A program made the position numbers and the translations under genes. A DNA stretch of 64,000 nucleotides from Phallusia mammillata (lineage: Eukaryota). Below are positions 1 through 25,500 of this stretch, piece after piece (the stretch's first letter is position 1; each line of letters starts with the position of its first letter). The notes beneath the pieces are model-generated. The model saw only the letters and a program-made list of their open reading frames with translations, made no database searches and was not told the DNA's origin. The stretch spans positions 2,046,001 through 2,110,000 of the forward strand of contig OZ281500.1 of the NCBI GenBank assembly GCA_965637545.1, in the 5' to 3' direction.

Positions 1-6
1 CTACAG

Positions 7-325
7 CAGGGGTGTGCAACCTTTGTTGCTGTGGGGACAAATAAAAATGCCAAATTTAGATCGCGGGTCACACGTTTGTATAACACAAGGTGATTTTACT
101 TTGTTGTACAGCAAATATGCTTCACTACAAGTAAAATGCGCATTTGATTCTACCCACATACTGCTAGGTCGCAATAAAATAGCATCGGGCGCATTAATCT
201 GTTTAAAAATATATAATAGTTGGAATCGTTTGCCAGTACTATTGAAATCCAAGCGTCTCTGCGGACCACACAACCTTTAATCAAGGGTCGCATTTGGCCC
301 GCGGGCCGCAGGTTGCACACCCATG
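7..325. mobile_element. hAT-type MITE
   Basis: TIRs CAGGGGTGTGCAACCT (7-22) and AGGTTGCACACCCATG (310-325, 1 mismatch). The right TSD is GCCTACAG (326-333); the left copy is cut by the window edge (CTACAG, 1-6). It abuts another MITE-end fragment (AAGAACCACTG, ~337-347). Confidence 0.85.
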
Positions 326-1860
326 GCCTACAGTTTAAGAACCACTGGCTAAGACAGTAAACTTACGTGATTGCAACCCCATTGGAGTTTGCTGGGCGCT
401 GTGAAGCCGGTTGTTGTTAAACGACTGATTTTGGTGCCTCTGTAACCAAAAAACAGCGTTGAAAGAAAGCATACAAATTGTCACGAAAACGTGGAAAAAC
501 GTTTACCTGTGTGGCTTTAGGCACAGCAAAACTGGGAAAGGCAACTTCTTTTGCATCTACGTGTAAAAACGGCATTGTGCAGTAAAAGTAAACTGCTGTT
601 TTTCATAATTTACAGCTTATATAATAGCAACAAGTGCATGCAATTTTACTGACAAGACTGTAACTGATAAAGGTAACCCGAGGCAATGTGTTAATTATTC
701 GTTGAATTCCAGAACAACAACAGTAACTCACCCGTTTGTTCGTCAGTAATCAATGCGTCACAATGCATCAGATTCAATGGAAAACAACTGCGTCTGTGTT
801 CTGTTTTACTATCGCTGACCTGTCACATCAGATGCAGTGCTGTTGTGCTGGTTCCAGCAAAACTCTTTACAAAATGTTGAAGCGAAAACGTGACACCAGT
901 AGCTGCCTGCTGAAGCAGGTCACGTGGTAGGCTGCGCAAGAAAAAGGCTTCATTTGTTATTCACGTTGAAAGAAGCGTAGTTTGAGACAAGAGCTAGTTG
1001 AGAGGGGCGGGGCAAGTTTAGGAAACAAAGACGTTCGGTGTAAAAGCCGCACATGAGGAATACAGGAACAGAGGAAAATTTCACGTAGGTTTCCATTCAC
1101 CTTCATGCAAAGAAACAATCCTTGGCAAACGGAACACATACACATAACATTATATCTACCCATTACATCCAATGCAAATGCTTTTCGTTTGCATTTTTTT
1201 AATTTTTGAGCCTATAATCAAACCCCATTGCAATGCTCGGTGCATTTTGTTGTTTGCCTTTGTGGTAATGTTGTATAGCTATGCAATTCGAAGCACCAAT
1301 TCTATGTGTAATAAATTATGTGCAGGTGTTTAGGAAACAAAGATAACAGCACAAAACTTAATGAATTGTGGGTTGTCTGTTATGACTGGTGTTTCACCGA
1401 AAACGTTACCATCATTTTTCTTGCATGACGCAACCTTTTGAAATGAGGGATTTCCCTTTTATTGTCCCTTCTGTAAAAAAATTTTTGTGCTAGGTGTCAA
1501 ACGTCCTACACAAACTCAACAAATTGTACATTTATTTTTTAAACTGTGGGCGTTATTATAAAGAAAGATTAAGTTTTGGGCAATCACCATAAATAATTGA
1601 CTTCTTGATTTCGTGATGGACATTGCATTGTCACATGCATAATAATAGACACTGATGAAAATACTCAACTGGTCAGTTTCTTCACAAAAACTTGTTCTAT
1701 TCTGTGTTTTTTTAAGTGACTGCAGATTGTTTATTATTGTAAAGTAGTAAATACAGAGCATTTTAGTCTATCGCTTTAGTGCTGGAAACAAAACGCTGGA
1801 ATTGAATACTTCCGTTTCTACAATTTATAGATTTTTAGTTTATAAAAATAACTATTCCAT

Positions 1861-1970
1861 ACATAAGCTGTTTCTGCCAGGCGTCACATCAACATGATAG
1901 AGCTCTTCTGGCAATTGTATTTTGACACCGACGTTTCGACGTCCTGTACAGGTCGCCTTCATTATAGGGT
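1861..1970 (-). mobile_element. Short retro-insertion with a degenerate Penelope-type minimal hammerhead motif (family B)
   Basis: Flanked by a perfect 15-bp direct repeat AAATAACTATTCCAT (1846-1860, 1971-1985). The minus strand reads ..TAATGAA-GGCGACCT-GTAC-AGGACGTC-GAAA-C-GTC.., i.e. stem II + GAAA + palindromic ACGT stem III with a damaged CUGANGA box. Confidence 0.6.
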
Positions 1971-3047
1971 AAATAACTATTCCATGTTAGGTAAAGGCCC
2001 TGCGAAGCAAAACGTCATACACATGGAGTATAGTGATTTGGTCCCGAAATACCCTCAGTAGCTTCAGTAGACAAAACAAAAGCGTTTAGCCGCTTTCTTT
2101 TGTGTGGGTTGGAAACTTCCGAACTATTTATAGTGTCACATCACGTGAAAATGCGGGTCAAAAGTGCCCTTGTGCTCATCACATAAATATATTACTGATG
2201 GTTAGTTGGTTTCAAAATTCAGACGTTTACTACAATAATGATGCCACTTTTGTGTTTGCACAAATGCGCTAAACGTGGACTAGCACGCATAATTTACCTG
2301 CAGATCTTTAACCAATTAAATTTTGAATTTTCGCAATACGGAAAAGGAGAAAATACCACTAAATAATTTTGTAACTTCATATGAGCCTGGATTGGTAGTA
2401 TAGTATTTGAAAAAAACTTTAAACATTCTGAAACATCTTGCAAGCAGTTTGTGGGGGGTTAAAGTCCAGACTGACTGGACCACTAATGTAGCTGCAGGAA
2501 GTTTAAACGTTTGACATATTTGTACCCCGTATTCCTTACGCTTCATAACGTTGCACCAGATCCGGCTTATTGTTGGTTTCTTCAATGCAGTTCTGTTACT
2601 ATAGACTTGATGACTAGCTTCAATTTTATCCATGTTACTTTTGTGTAGTGGGCATTGACGAACTATTTTAACTAGAACCCAATGCATCAATTTGTTGGGT
2701 TCAAAAAAGGCGTAGTAATGTTCGCGGTACCTTGAAGGAATCGAAGAAAAAATGCTGAACTACAAACGCATTTCGCCCTTTAAAAAAGCATAAATAATAC
2801 CTGACCCCACAAGCAAGAACGTTTTAAACGGTGATCTACAAGCCCTTATGATGTTGTTTTGCCAAAAAAAAAAACAAAAACGAAATGATATAAAATGGAT
2901 TGTATTAAATTTAGAAATTTGTACCAGTGCTTCGTTCACAGTGCAGCAGCCGTACAAAAAAAACAGGTGAAATACAGCGGAACAAAATCACAGAAAACAA
3001 CAAAAACGGTATTGTATGTTAACAAAAAGTTGAACTCAGGAAAATCA

Positions 3048-16656
<13,609 letters not shown>

Positions 16657-17239
16657 TCATTGGAGCTATTTTTCAACTTAATTTACAAACAGGGAGACTT
16701 CTGTTAACAAACGCCGCCTTTTCAGAACAACTTTGTACAGTTGCAAAATTCGAAAGTATTTCTGTTGTTGCGCTTTATCGCTTTCGTCACGCTTCACTGC
16801 ACATTGTCTATGCTCATTTTCTTTCCCGCCTGAATACGGTACAGAAGAATAAATACCGGTGTTTAAAATTTTGTAAATAAACTATAAAGCCTAAATATAA
16901 AAAACTTTCGGTCTAATGTCCCAGACCGACCTTTTTATGACATTTTTAATGAACTGGTATGGCTACAATCACAGTTTGTAATATTCTAGTTGAGAGGCAA
17001 TTTATTCGCAATGGCTCAAAGAAATAAAAGAACTGTTTATGTTTTGCAACTGTGTGACACCAAAACCAACACACAAAGAACAAAAATTCAGTTCACAATG
17101 CTGCGAAAACATCTGAAATAGACATGTTGATGTAATTTTTTCAGTCTTGAGGCAGCAAAACAACAGAAAGATTGAATGGGGTGATTTGGGAATTTCTTTT
17201 TTTTCTATATATTTTATTTATTAGGGAAAAGTTTTTGTT

Positions 17240-20200
17240 TCATCCTTCACTTGACTCTGATGTTACTTCATAGTTTGACAACAAGCTATGTTCCATCCCA
17301 CTGCGAATATGTGCAATATGAATTTCCACATTATTCTGGAAGCATCTGAAAGAATTTTTTTTTTATTAAAATACCATTTATTTAATCAGGCACAACAATT
17401 CAAAGCAATTTACTCTGCGTTTTCAGTGCTAAGTTTTGTTTTGATGACCCGCATAGCATCGGATAGTGATTTGAACTCAATGCAGTTGCCCTTGCTTTCC
17501 TTTAAATACTGAAAATATATACAAACAAAATTGCATTAATTTAAGTTATCCTTTTAAGGGAGCACATTGTAAGAATTGCAAATGTAATACAATCAAAATC
17601 ATACCTTGACTTGTAGCATAAGACTGGTTAACTGTGTAATTAGGTCAGTCAGTCCAACATTTTTGACTGGTCGCTTTATACCAATCCCACTATCTTCATC
17701 TCCTACATTTTTGGCAGCCAATAAATTCTCCGCTGTTTCTAAGCATTGTTGTCGTAACTGGGTCGATTGATCACTTGGTAAAGTTTGTTCAGGATACAAC
17801 TAAAAGAAAAACACTGTTTACCACTTAAAGTTAAAGCAGCAAATTTTCAAAGGAATACAGTTAACATAGAAAGTATGATCTTGATATACAGGTCATGTTT
17901 ACATTGTAATTGTTCTTCTACGTCACTTTGAACTTTTAAAATAAAAACATGTCACTTTTATCTACTATCTGGGCCAATTATTTTTTTCAAAGATTGTGTA
18001 CAGATTACTGTACAGCAAAACAATGTTTTGTGGATTTATTTACGCACATTAAATGTCTTTCTGTTAAGGCCAAACTGCCACTACAAGGCAAGTAAATCTT
18101 TACGAAACTTGGGTTACTATTAAAATTGCCTACCTCCAAACAAAACCTCTGCACCCCGACTAAAAGTTCATTCAGTCCTTTATTTAACCTCTCCAAGTCA
18201 AGAACTACAGTTGCATATTTCCGTTGAAACTCCAAGTTCAGCGTTTCCCCATATGAGTTCTGTACACAAAGTAAAATCGTTGCACTACTGGGCATACAGA
18301 TCAGCCATTTTAAACTTGGTCAAAGGCTGTTGCGAATGAAACACTGCATGTAATTTTTTACAAAATGTTGTGAAAACATTCATTTGATGGAGTTGGCTTG
18401 ATGCCTGTAACACAGTGATTCTCAAAGTGGGTGCCAGTGACCCATGAAATTAACTGATTGCAACATGCAACACTTAGTTGGTAATCTGGTGTCAATGTAG
18501 TCATTAAAGAGTTTTATTAAAGGAGAGCATTTTTTAAACAAAGTGGGGGCAGTACAAATAAAAGTTTGAAAACACTGTTTTAATTTGGGGCTATTGATGT
18601 TATCAAATATTGCAACAGATATTTTTATTCACAAAAGACCAAACCTTTTTTAGTCATCACATACCAATTTTTCAGCTTGAGAGTTCATCTCTCCAAGCTT
18701 CTGTATTTTTTCTCGCTTCACAGCAAGAACCCTGGAAAGTCGAGCGACTCGTTTTAGGAGTTGAACCGGAAATCCTCCTAAAGTTCCTCCATCTTCTGTT
18801 GTCGATGTCAAAAACTTACTGCGCAGCGGGGATCGACCAAGTACTGGGTCATGTTCCTCAAAAAACAAGTTAAGAAACAGGTTGGGAATGTTAGAAAAAC
18901 TCCATAAACTACTAATTGACCCATGCTTTTATTAAACATAAATGCTATTCACAGGATGTCCCTCTAATAGTAGGCATGTTAATATGCACAATCACTGAGT
19001 CAAAACTCTTTCAGTAAATGATTAATTAAGAAGCAAATGCTTCTGATTCAAAATCAGTAGACACTGGGTTGGTATATTCGAGATATATATTTCACCTATT
19101 CAGGCATCATCAGTCTCTAAAAACTTATTCAAATAGAGTCGCTTTTTATGTTTATTTGGGTTGTTATTTTCATCATTAAGGTCATCCTAAATAGATGGAA
19201 ACTTCCTAGTAAAAGTTGACTCACAGTGCTTGGGCTCTGAAAGCTGACATCATGGTCAACTGCAGAGAAACCAGGATGCAATTTGTTGAATGGCAGATGC
19301 CGTTTTCGGTCCATCAATGATAAAAGGTTGATGGTTTCTTGAGGTTCACAACTTGCTACTTCAATATCACAAACTGTATGAGTTCCGAGATTCGACCTGA
19401 AGAAAATTCAATGCTTATTTTTATGAACTGTTTTGCATAACAACTTAATCACTGAATGACTATTTTAATTTGCGATAATTTTACTTAAAGGGTTCAAGCA
19501 TTATTATACCTGTCAAATGTAACACGATATGATGAATTAGGTAAATCAACAGCATCGATTTGTCCAGTGAATAGTCCATCATGTGACCCTCTCAGTCTCG
19601 CTATAGAAACAATACACATAATTCAAAACTAAAACAATTTGCCCGAAGGTAACAGAATTGACAGTAGGTTTGCACATAAATATAAGAAGTAAAAAAATAT
19701 AGTACATATGTTCTTAGCCATTGGAGTTTATTTAACTTTTATTGAAAATTTTACAAAATCAAAGCCAACACATTATGTCCGAATGTTTCAAAAGGCTAAC
19801 TTTGTATGACACTAAAATAAAAAGCATATAATGGGCAGCAAACACATATCATTAGGGTACATCAAAAATATATTTGTTAATAACCTAATCCTCTCAAAAA
19901 CAATCTACACATTCTGGGGATAAGATGATAAATATCAATCAAAAGTTTCCAAAAATATTTACCGGTGACTTTGGTTCCTATCACTAGAGGCATTGGGAGT
20001 TCTTTTGGCAAGTCGCTCCAAGACTCTGAGTCGTCATGGGCTATTTTTCTTTGTTGCAGGAGACGAATTTTATTACGTTTAGCTGCCAATGCTGCGCGTT
20101 CCTCCTCAAAAAATGCTGGTGAACATCTAAAGCAAAGAGAAACATTATTTTATTAATTTACAATGACTATTTTTATACAGACCTTTTTAGTTTATTACAT

Positions 20201-21791
20201 AAACAGAAATCGTGAATCCTAGTTTGTAAATAATGCCAAAAATTGGTTTATTGCATAAAATTCTCGCAAATTGATTAACTGGAGTTACGTGTAAACAAAA
20301 TAAATTGTAGACTAACCTCCTAGGCTTCCCCATGAGCCTTCTGATCTTGGACCAATGGGCTCTTGTAAGTCGTGCAGTCTTTAAATGTGGAAAAGATTCT
20401 TTTAAGCATAGGCAAAAATCATTGTCCCCATTGAACAAAGCGCTGCAGAAAAAAAGTCCAAAAATGATTATTTCTTATCACAACCAAAAAAATTGCAATT
20501 TTACAGAAACAAAACTGTTACTACCTGTCGAGATGTGAGTAGAACCATTCATACATGCACATCTTATGAGCTTTGGGAAGTTTTAATAAGTTTCTCAACC
20601 TGCCACCCACTTTTCTAGCTACTGCCTTTTCTGCATTTTGACTGTTACCAACAGAGGAATCAGGAAGCTAAACAAACACAACATATTTACAACATTGTAG
20701 CATTAATATTGAAAAGTTAGTGAATTATGCAGGTAATGAGAGCAGAGTTTTTACCTAAATTATATTATAATGCTTAAAACATATTAATGTAATATCAGCA
20801 AAAACAAAAATTAAGCTTTAATTTTTACAAATTAATTAAATCAAAATGGCAAATATTTTTATCAGAAATCCCCTTGAGGACGCATAATTTACTAGTAGTC
20901 CAAGTTTGAATATTTGATTGAAATGCTAATAAATTTGCCACTGCTACCACAAAGTGTTATGCTGTCCTAGACTAAAAAAGGCTGGGAACTAATGCCCAAC
21001 TTTAAAACACTATTCAATTTACTTTACACATAAAGATTCAGTGACAAATCAAAAAACAAAAAAAACTATGGAAAGGACAAACACATGGAAACATACTGGA
21101 CTTGGGATGGAGGAAATGCTGACAGGACTTGAAACTGACGACGAAACATGTGGAACGTTTGTTTGCCTTAAAACTTTTCTGTGGTGTTTTGTTCTCTCAT
21201 CCGTAGTTACTTCATCATCATTGTAGATCAATCGATTGCGACGTCTGGTTCTTTGAGGCTGCAACATAAACGTAAGTATTAAGCATTTGAAAAAAAACAT
21301 TTTACAACAGAGACAATTTTGTATAATTGCATGGAGATTGTAAATCCCATTCTTATCTTTTGATAACCTAATCCAGCTTATTGCATAATTAGCCTTGGTT
21401 ACTATGATGTGTAATTTACTGGATTTCCCCTTAACTTAAAAAATGCCTGCAATCATAGCAACAGACACACACAGCACAGAAAAAATAAGATTATAGTAAC
21501 AGAATATTTTAAGAATTAGGCATAGAAACAACATTTTTTTGACAATATTCTATTGTTTTACTCTGTTTGGTGATGAAGACATCATAGACACCCCGGAGTG
21601 TTTCATGTTTATCAGAGCTTGAACTGAAGAATCTAAGGATATAAAAAATACGGATAATAAAAGCAATTATGCAGTAACAATATAAAAAACCTAAAACCAG
21701 GTTTTCTAATTGCTTGGAGTTTCCAACAATGCATTTGCAATTTGCACAAACTTAGATATATTTTATTACCTTCCAGGACTTGTTCCGTCAT
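17240..21791 (-). CDS. LIN9: LIN9, MuvB/DREAM core subunit (DIRP domain), 13 exons
   Basis: Spliced translation contains RLRNLLKLPKAHK, EWFYS, GDNDFCLCLKESFP, WSKIRRLMGKPRRCSPAFFEEER, PLVIGTKVTARLRG, EFQRKYATVVL and CFQNNVEIHIAHI, all matching human LIN9. ATG at 21791, TGA at 17240-17242. Confidence 0.95.
18413..18577. mobile_element. Degenerate hAT-type MITE in a LIN9 intron
   Basis: Ends CAGTGATTCTCAAAGT and AGTTTGAAAACACTG; no clear TSD. Confidence 0.55.
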
Positions 21792-22559
21792 CTTTTCGTA
21801 CGTCTTCTTGATAACAGTTTTGAAATGTACGTTAATACGGTAATTTACAAACCAAAAATACTGTAAACTCTACAGAAATTTTGGAAAGAGCAACACAGAA
21901 TTAAAAATTTAGCTAACGCGCCCTTTTCGCGTGGTGGCGCTATATTTGTCAGTCACCGATTGGATTAAATTTTACGTTTTTTATGAATTTTAACGAAAAA
22001 GCGAAAATCCATACTTTTTTATTGAAATTCAGTAACATTTGCCATTCCACTTCAACTACAAATAAATCATTGCTTAAAATACAAAAATGTGTATAATATG
22101 AGTCATTTTTTTGCTTGACAAAGATACTCTTATTTAAATACAATTTTATCAATTTTAGCGTTTTTTGACAAATAAACAGTAGTTAAAAAACGAATAAGGA
22201 GAATACAAAAGAAAAAAATATGTTTTGTTTTAGTTTTATTTTATATTCACCTAAACGCGTCATAATTTTACTTGTCACGCATGATTGGTTGACTTGGTTT
22301 GTTGATCAGTTACGTAAATGTTACGCATGAATAGCTTCGTGTTGGGTTGTTTGTCAACAAAATCTGCAACTTTGTGAGACTGTTTTTGCTGTAAAACATG
22401 TTTGTAAAGGCGCTTGTAAACCCACTATGACTAGCTTAAACGTTTCGACCGACATCATGGCCATAAGCTTTTGTTTTTGTCAAATAATTTTCTTTTTTAT
22501 TAGCTTTTGTTTGCATATAAAATGTTGTTTCGTAAGCTCTTACAATCTGCGTGTAGTTA
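21792..22559. promoter_or_regulatory. Head-to-head LIN9/DCAF11 promoter region
   Basis: Divergent ATGs 768 bp apart. Contains an E2F-like TTTTCGCG (21924-21931), TGGCGC (21935-21940), an inverted CCAAT box (ATTGG, ~22284) and TTACGTAA (~22309). Confidence 0.5.
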
Positions 22560-25500
22560 ATGGGGTCGCGTTGGAGTCGTTTTCGTCAAAACAGAAACAG
22601 AAGAAACATGGAAATCGATAGTGATAGTGAAGTTGAACAGAGCAGTAGTGATGGCGCCGAAGATGAAAGTCCTTCGTTGGCAGTGTTTTTAGCTCTGATG
22701 CTTCGAAGGTATGTTAGATTACTTTGTAATGCAACAAATCCAGTTGCATTGAAATGTAAAAGTGTTACGGTCTTCTATAACTACTGATCTTGTTTGCAAA
22801 ACTAAAGTTTGTTGATCACCAAATTTAAATGTAAATCAGTAATTTATGTGGTGATAGCACTTTCAGCCATTATTCACCAATTGTGCCCTTTACTGTTGGT
22901 ACTCCATAACATTGTAACATTGCACAGCTATTTCTGGCTTGGTGATTGTGCTAATGCAATTTGTGTTGCTATGTTTTTGTTCAGCAACCGAAAAAACTCA
23001 ACTCAAAATGACTATCAATCACCTAATTAGCACTAAAACAATCACCAGGCTGGGAATACGTGTACAACAGTTAATCGTTATTGGAGCGCAAATTAGTGTA
23101 TATGATTGCAGCATTGTAAAGCGTTATGTGCTCACCTTGATAAAGCAAACCTTTCACCACAACACCCCTAAAATAGTATTATTATTATTGGAAGAACTCA
23201 ATTTTTAAGTGACCCAAAATAATCAAGGTTGCACATGGTGTAAAATTGTTGCACATGCAAATTTTGCATTTTGGAGTTTTTTTACATGGCACTGACAAAA
23301 CACATGTTTGCCCTAGTGGTCAAGTAAGATTGGTTCGTTCTGATGAAAGCAACCTCCACGATGATGACTCGAATGCATCTGAAACTGAAGAGATCGCCAA
23401 CTGCTGCCCAAAGTCATCTGCTGGTATGAAAAAAGAAATGATGATGATTAAAAAACAAAAAAAATAAGGAAATAAATTTCCAAACTTTTCTAAACAAAAT
23501 GAATGCATAAGTGCCAGTTTTGTATTATACAACATTAATGATAAACCCCACCACCTTACTTTTTTGTTTTTATTCAGGTTGTACAGGAAACACATCACTG
23601 GTATGTGCTTACTATGTTTTGCTTCTAAAACATAATTTTTCTTTTTTCAGCAAGTTTTAATTTTGTCTCTATCATATTGGCACCTTTATCTATACAATAT
23701 TTTGTTGCACAGCTATTTCCGGCTTGGTGATTGTTGTAGTGCAATTGTGTCGCTATGAATCTATGATTTCATTCACCAAGCGAAATGAACTCAATTTAAC
23801 TCATAATTTTAGAAAGGAGATTTATGGCACGACTTTTCTTTTGTTCGAAATAATGCTCTTTCGTCTGGAACAGAAAACCAGAAGCAAAAATTTTTCCAAC
23901 CCCACAATTTGGCTATGGCTTTGCGACAGGTACAACCGAAAAAGTTGTGTGTAAACAATATTAGACTTCAGATATTTTCTGACAGTTCCTTTGTTTCAGA
24001 GAGAATCAAATATTTGTGGCTTTGCAAGGGGAAATTTTACTCCTGGAATATGCACTTCGATTTCATCAAGGTTTGAGTTTTTTTGATCAATGATAGTTTC
24101 TTTGTTTTTCTTGAGTTTAATTTCTTATGGCCCACATACCCCCATGCTGTTGAGCGTTTTTGAAAAAAAAAAGGTTTTTGTGTTGTGCTACAGATTTATC
24201 CCTAATCATATTAGTCATCGCTTGACCTACCACGAAAAGATGTTTTGTGGAACATATTCGAGAGATGGAAGCCTGTTTTTATCTGCATGCCAAGGTACTT
24301 AAAAAGTATTTAATTAAAATTACCAAAAAGTAAGATATACTTGCAAGACCTAACATTGTCCACAAAGGTATATTTCCTGTACTCCTGTTTTTTTGTGTGT
24401 TCAGACACATGAAATATTACAGTGATTTCTGCTTCGTTTCATGCAGATCGTCACATCAGAGTGTTCAACACACAAAATGGATTACACTCGCAGCCTTTTA
24501 AAGTTATTCGTGCTAAAGATGTTGGTTGGAGTGTGCTGGATACTGCTTTCAGTCCTGACTCAAGATATGCTGCCTACTCCAGCTGGTCAAGCTATAGTGA
24601 GTGGAAACCACAATATATGCAAAATGTGTTTCTCAGGTTTTTTTAGTTCTGTAGAACAAGAATTTTGCTCTTAAGATTTATGCTCAATTTTTACTAATAC
24701 AAAATAAAAGGACACCAGATTGGTTGTGCAGTGGTGGGATTCCACCGGTTCGCACAGGTTCTATAGAACTGTCCCATGAAATTTTATGAGATCAGCGAAC
24801 CGGTTAGCATTACTGGTTACTGTCAATAGACTTTTTGTAACAGAACCGGCTGAAAAATAGGACTTCATGACAGAACCGGCTGACTAGAAATTGTAATCCC
24901 ACCACTGGTTATATGTGTATACATTTCATCTGCAATATATTGATATATAGCAGTGTAGAGGTTTAAGTGTATAAACTGTGTACCATTTTTATCAACTTGA
25001 AAAACAATTTACTATTTAGTTCATCTCTGTACTGTTCATGATGGAGATGATCCAAGAATTGCTCAACACCTTGCACTCGACTTAAGGTATAACATAGTAT
25101 AGACACAATTTAATTAGTTTTACGAAGTGGGGAAAATTAAATTTATTGTGCGAAAAAACTGAAACTTACTTTAACATGTTTTAAGGCCCAACCACCACAG
25201 CTTTGCAGTATTTTCTCTCAAGTTTTCAAGTGACAGTGAAGAGATTATATGTGGGCAAGTATATCTCCCAAATTATGTTGCTTTGTTCAGACTGTAAGAC
25301 ATTATCTTGTATTGTTTTTTGTGTTTGCAGGGCAAATGATGGCTACCTCTATGTCTACAATCTTGACCAATCGGAAAGAACATTACATGTAAATCCAATC
25401 AGCTATTTATTCATTTTATGACAGTTTAGTTTAATCAGTTCTTGTTGGTACATTCGACCTTGCTTTAATTTGTTATCACATAGACTACAGTGGTATTAAC

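Noticed and set aside
367-800. Minus-strand exon-like segments (367-439 with AG/GTAAGT; donor GTGAGT at 731) below a GC box/E-box region (~920-1012)
   Set aside because: Joining them gives an early stop and I recognise no protein similarity. They could be UTR exons of a gene outside the window.
2316-2690. 124-aa minus-strand ORF
   Set aside because: No recognisable motif or coherent splice context.
17695-17712. DSGIG in LIN9 as a second beta-TrCP degron
   Set aside because: It lacks the second Ser of DSGxxS.
19020-19175. Possible box C/D snoRNA in a LIN9 intron (ATGATGA..CTGA)
   Set aside because: No terminal stem, an A-rich interior and no recognisable guide.
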